DNA from: Massalongia carnosa
Lineage: Eukaryota
DNA length: 64,000 bases
Reading direction: 5' to 3'
Assembly: GCA_965645245.1 (NCBI GenBank)
Contig: OZ287076.1
Coordinates: 2,108,001-2,172,000, forward strand
In this document: positions 59,812-64,000 of the stretch, piece after piece
Layout of the letters: each line of letters opens with the position of its first letter
Position numbering within the stretch: the first letter of the stretch is position 1
Position numbers and translations under genes: made by a program
Notes under the pieces: model-generated
What the model saw: only the letters and a program-made list of their open reading frames with translations
The model's database searches: none
What the model was told of the DNA's origin: nothing

Positions 59812-61393
59812 TATTGAAATAGGTATATGACTATGTGTAATGCGGATGGCGCTAGAGGGATACGTCATCGCCTACGGCGGTTGCGGGATTAACTAGCATT
59901 AGCCAGGCCGTAGTACTTAGTCGAATAGCCGTCGAGGTTGACACGACGCCACCTTGCCACACAACTCCGAATTAGTTGTTACTACGTTCTAGACTGCTTA
60001 CAGATCAAACACCTGTCGAGGCCGTAGTGGTAGATTGCCATGGAGTAAGGCGAACTCCTGTGGAGACTAGCCGTGAACTCTATATGGAATCTACTGGCCT
60101 ACTCGGAGCTACTCGATCTCTTGATAGATCAAGAGTTGTAGCAGGAGGCACGGCTAGCTGGACGCAGCTTGAGCTCGGCCTCCCCGGTGTAAACTTCAGC
60201 TTCCACCTTTATTGCTACTGAAGAGGGGTAGTCGTGGGTGGTGCATACGTGATGACCTCAAGGAGAGAAGACCGGCAGAAAGCAAACAAGGAACACACGT
60301 GAAAACAACAAACAGAACGTTGGCGGTGACGACTCGGCAACTCTGACACTGTCACTCGGACACGAATACTGACTCTGAAGGAAAGAAAAATGTTGATTGC
60401 CTGGCTGTCTAGAGGGTGCCCTATCTATAGAAAAATGGGCGCCTCAGCCCCGGAAAAACCTCCCCTCCGCTCCGTCTATACCAATCCCCCCCCTCCCCTC
60501 AGCACCTGCCCTTGTCCCTATTCACCCTATCACACTACGTTGGTAGTGATGTCGGCTGAATGAACCTACATGAACTTGTGGTCTAGACCTTGTGTCTAGA
60601 GGCCGGTCGGCAGTGTAGATAGAGATTCAGTCGGAGGTAACCTTCCATCGCTAGGTTGGTAGTGGTGACGGCGAAATGAAGCTACATAGCCTCGGCGTCT
60701 AGAATTTATGTTTAGAGGCAGGCTAGCAATGTAGTGAGGGATCTAGCCGGAGGTAGAAGTGTTCTACCTTGCAAGGGAAGATCTAGAAGGCTGCTCGAGG
60801 CTGACTAGATGACCCAGCGAACGCCGAGTTCGTAGATGGATCCTGAGGGATGGTTGGATGTAAGGCCATAAGGTCAGAAAGTGGGTTGCAAGGCTCCTAA
60901 GGTTCCAAGGCTCCCAAGGCTATAGGCTTGGGGTGAGTAGGATAAATACCAGAACGAATCCTGTAGTATTCGTTAGCAATTAGTCTTTATTCTATGAACA
61001 ACCTACGTTTGGGTCTCGGACGAGATCTCTTGGTCTGAGCACTTCCACATCCATTAGTTCTTTAGATCATATATACTCTCGGAGACCAGCACGTAGTAGC
61101 TACCTTCCACCTCTCACGCTGAGCATTTCCCCTTTCAAGATCAGTGTCGCTCGTGATAAGCTTACTGGCCTCGTAGTTTATTACACTATAGCTATATAAC
61201 TATGTAATAATAAGTATATGTATAACCGTGATGTTAAGGATAAAGAGTGCTGTTCAGCAGTCTTTATCCTATTACTGGTCATCTTTTGTTAAGTGAGGTG
61301 ATCTTTATCTTATCTTGGGACTAGGCCTAATGCGGCTTCTACGGTTTCCTAGATTGTATGTTCATTGTACTGATAGGAGTTGGATATTCAACA
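59812..61393. mobile_element. Degenerate Copia-type solo LTR related to the 45869/51992 LTRs, split by a 1350-bp insert
   Basis: TATTGAAATAGGTATATGACTATG|CTATAGCTATATAACTATGTAA..GATGTTAAGGAT..ATTCAACA; flanks CAACA / CAACT. Confidence 0.7.
59836..61185. mobile_element. 1350-bp non-coding insert, probably a long solo LTR
   Basis: TGTAAT..ATTACA termini, flanks CTATG / CTATA. Confidence 0.7.
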
Positions 61394-61495
61394 CAACTAA
61401 TTAATCGCTTTAAGTCGTAACGATAGTATTGAAGTTAAAAAATAATTATAAATAAAGTTTAAAAGATATTTTTTTCACCTATCTATCTATATATA

Positions 61496-62600
61496 AAGCA
61501 CCAGGTCAAAAGATTCTGTCAGGGCATAGAAGGAATAAGGGCTAAGCTAACTAAGCGGGGCTTAGTTCTACGGCTAGGCTTAGTCATATGGAAAGCAGTT
61601 GGTCTGCGTTACGCGGCTGGTATCTACTGCCGAGAGTATAGTACGAGCGATCGAGATATACGAGGATGCTCGTACGATTAGTGAGCGAATAGTACGATAC
61701 AGACAGCACAGTGTCCACGATACAGTCAGCACAGTGTCTACGATACAGTCAGCACAGTGTCCACGATGCAGTCAGCAGAGTGTTAAGCCGGCTTATCCGG
61801 TAGGAGTAATGGGCGGTCAAGATAGTTACAGTATCAAGGGCCCAGAGGGTCAAGGGCTTCGGTCCGGGTATATAAGGAGGCTGCTCGAGGGAGATGCAAT
61901 CTTCAACGATTAGTCTTCCGCTTTACCTATATACTTCTTTTAGTATATTAGTATAGCAAATCATTAGTGTCTTCACATTATCACATATCCCTAGGCCTGG
62001 TGTCTGATAATCGCCAGGTCTGACTCTTACAGATTCCCACAACTTTTTCATCAGCTTTTGATTCTTATTACTGCTTTGAATTATTAATGATCGGGTTTTT
62101 ATTATGAGATCTTGAAACTTGGTGCGATTATTATATAAATTTTAACATGAAATTTTTATTGAAATTTTTATTAAAATCTCGTATATTACTCTTTCGATTG
62201 AATGCAATTTTCAATTTTTTTTATGCTTTTTACTAAAATTTTTTCAACTCTTTCTTTTGTGTCAAGCTTTTGCTTTTTTTAAATGTTTATCAAAGTATTT
62301 TTCGAGTTTTATCATCATATCGATTCATTTTTCGGATTAATCTGATAAATGAGTTCTTTATGCCAATCTCAAACGTGCTAGATGAGATTTTAATCAGAAG
62401 AAAATCAATCGATAATGGTTCTATCGGTTTTATCGAATTATTTTTCAATTTTTTTAGTAAATTAAATCGATGCATTATTCTGCTTAAAAATAAGACTTGG
62501 TTCTCAGAATTAAAGCAGATTATCGTTCAATAATTTCTAGTATGAATCCGAGAATAATTTTATATTTCTTGCTTCGAAATCGGAAATCAATTTTTAACGA
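61496..62600 (-). mobile_element. AT-rich hypermutated Tc1 relic (3' TIR and transposase C-terminus)
   Basis: AAGCACCAGGTCAAAAG resembles the TIR at 33466; ACTGCTTTGAATTAT, CTTGAAACTT, CTTTCGATTG, GCAGATTATCGTTCAATAATT align to 33520-34060. Confidence 0.85.
61517..62031. mobile_element. 515-bp solo LTR inserted in the Tc1 relic TIR
   Basis: TGTCAG..CTTACA, TSD GATTC (61512-16 / 62032-36); internal 23-bp tandem CAGCACAGTGTCCACGATACAGT (~61694-61782). Confidence 0.9.
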
Positions 62601-63187
62601 TTGTAGAATATTAAACTATTATTAATACAGTAAAAATAAATATATTCTACAAACATAACATCTGTCATAAAACGGCTTCGAACCAAAAGGATCTCGGCCT
62701 TATCCGTAGTTGCCCCCTCTTTCCTCTCCCTACCTACCGTACCGCAGGTTTATTGGAGCTACATGTTACGGTCTACCTAGAGGCTAGTCATAGGGACGCC
62801 ATGAACGAAAACAATAAAGCTGAAGAGAAAAGAAAGACTCGAAGGTCTGACCCGTCCCTATATACCAACGCGTTCCCTTGCCCTCATGCAGTACGGTCGC
62901 GAAAGAGTTTTCCGCGCTATCTCGTGAATCTCGTTATCCGACCCGTAGGTGCTCGATTAGGTTTAGCTCCTAAAGGCGAAAGGTGGAATCGTGACACTAC
63001 CCTCCGCTTTAGATCGCGAGTCACCTGACCGCGATAAAGTCCGCTTTACCTCCGTTCGTTTCATCACGTGATAGATTGAGTTATAAATGCGGTTTAACGT
63101 TGTTTGTTAGGGTGTCGTCGATAAAAGTCCTTCACCAGTTCTTCTGCATTTTCGAAGCCGTCAGCATCATACCACGTCAGGTCTTCG

Positions 63188-64000
63188 TGTCATGAAATCG
63201 AACTAACCCGATCCAGAATCAATCCCGCAGATGAATCTGACTAAGCTCCCGTTCCTCTATTCAGCTTAGTCAGAATCTCATTAACTAAATCGAGTTTAGA
63301 CCCCTCTCAAGGGCTTCAGGTCAAAGCTGTACCATCACCATTAAAGCGTACCAACGACAGGAGAACCTCATCTCCACCTTTTATCGTCAAACACCTCGTC
63401 AAACCTTCGTGCCGTACGTCTCCTAATAGGGGGAGATGAATACTGATCCAATCTTCATGCAAAGGGGTTCGAGACAAATATAAAAGGAAGGACAAGTTAA
63501 TTAGATAGTTGACTCCTTGTCCGACGTCTTGTATAGCAATTCATCACCTAGCTATAGCCTTATTAATAAAGACATCTTGATCACCCAATCCAATTCCTAG
63601 GAACATTAGTTCAATCCCCTGCCCAATCCTTGACATTACGTCGGACCTACATCGAAAGGTGTCTTTCATAGCACTAGCCCCTGTCCCCCCTCATATTCCA
63701 CAATCATGTCTTCGTCTTCAGAAGAGATGACCGTCCCCCAAAATCCTCTCATCGACGAGAACGTGAAGTTGTTTCAAAACCAGTTCCAAACCAATCCTGA
63801 AGCATTCGTCGCGGAAATACGACGACTTCAAGACGAGGTGGCCCGGTTGCAGGCCGCCCCAGCTCCCGAACCCCCTATACCCACTCCAGCATCAACCTCG
63901 TCTCCCTCGTCCGTTCCGGCAATGGACCCTCAGATAGCTGCCCTCCTGCAGCTCCTTTTGACCCGGAATTCCGAGTCCAAAACCGATCTTCGTTCCGAAA
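63188..64000 (+). mobile_element. 5' end of an LTR retrotransposon (LTR 63188-63635), running off the window
   Basis: 448-bp LTR matching 41775-42222, followed after 70 bp by an open Gag-like frame. Confidence 0.88.
63706..64000 (+). CDS. Gag-like ORF, partial
   Basis: MSSSSEEMTVPQNPLIDENVKLFQ..EIRRLQDEVARLQAAPAPEPPIPTP..DLRSE, open to the window end; coiled-coil plus Pro-rich pattern, positioned after an LTR. Confidence 0.7.
   Translation, partial: MSSSSEEMTVPQNPLIDENVKLFQNQFQTNPEAFVAEIRRLQDEVARLQAAPAPEPPIPTPASTSSPSSVPAMDPQIAALLQLLLTRNSESKTDLRSE

Noticed and set aside
62663..63187. Possible further LTR starting TGTCATAAAAC
   Set aside because: Other end not in the window; cannot be verified.

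Overview
Eukaryotic DNA, almost certainly a filamentous ascomycete (short GT-AG introns, fungal NLR genes, Tad1-like LINEs, chromoviruses); the species cannot be named from the sequence. About 50 kb of nested transposons lies between two fungal NLR-type (STAND/NACHT) genes: an apparently intact HET-E/HNWD-like HeLo-like-NACHT-WD40 gene (950-5273, minus, 13 near-identical 126-bp WD repeats) and a frameshifted NACHT gene (55102-59235, plus). The nest holds a young self-priming chromoviral Ty3/Gypsy element; an AcademH-like TIR DNA transposon with a DUF6589-type transposase and a RecQ-like helicase, inserted in a solo LTR that is itself inserted in a DUF3505-like pseudogene; a TRIM; a tyrosine-recombinase (DIRS/Ngaro) retroelement; two Copia elements; two nested LINEs; three Tc1 copies; a MULE relic and many solo LTRs. 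The most unusual signal: two diverged LINEs each carry a diverged Tc1 transposon at the same homologous Tyr codon of ORF2 (within 2 bp, same orientation). In one of them a deletion has fused the Tc1 DNA-binding region in frame to the LINE reverse transcriptase. Family assignments rest on motif recognition by eye, not database searches. Several 1-nt frameshifts could be assembly errors.
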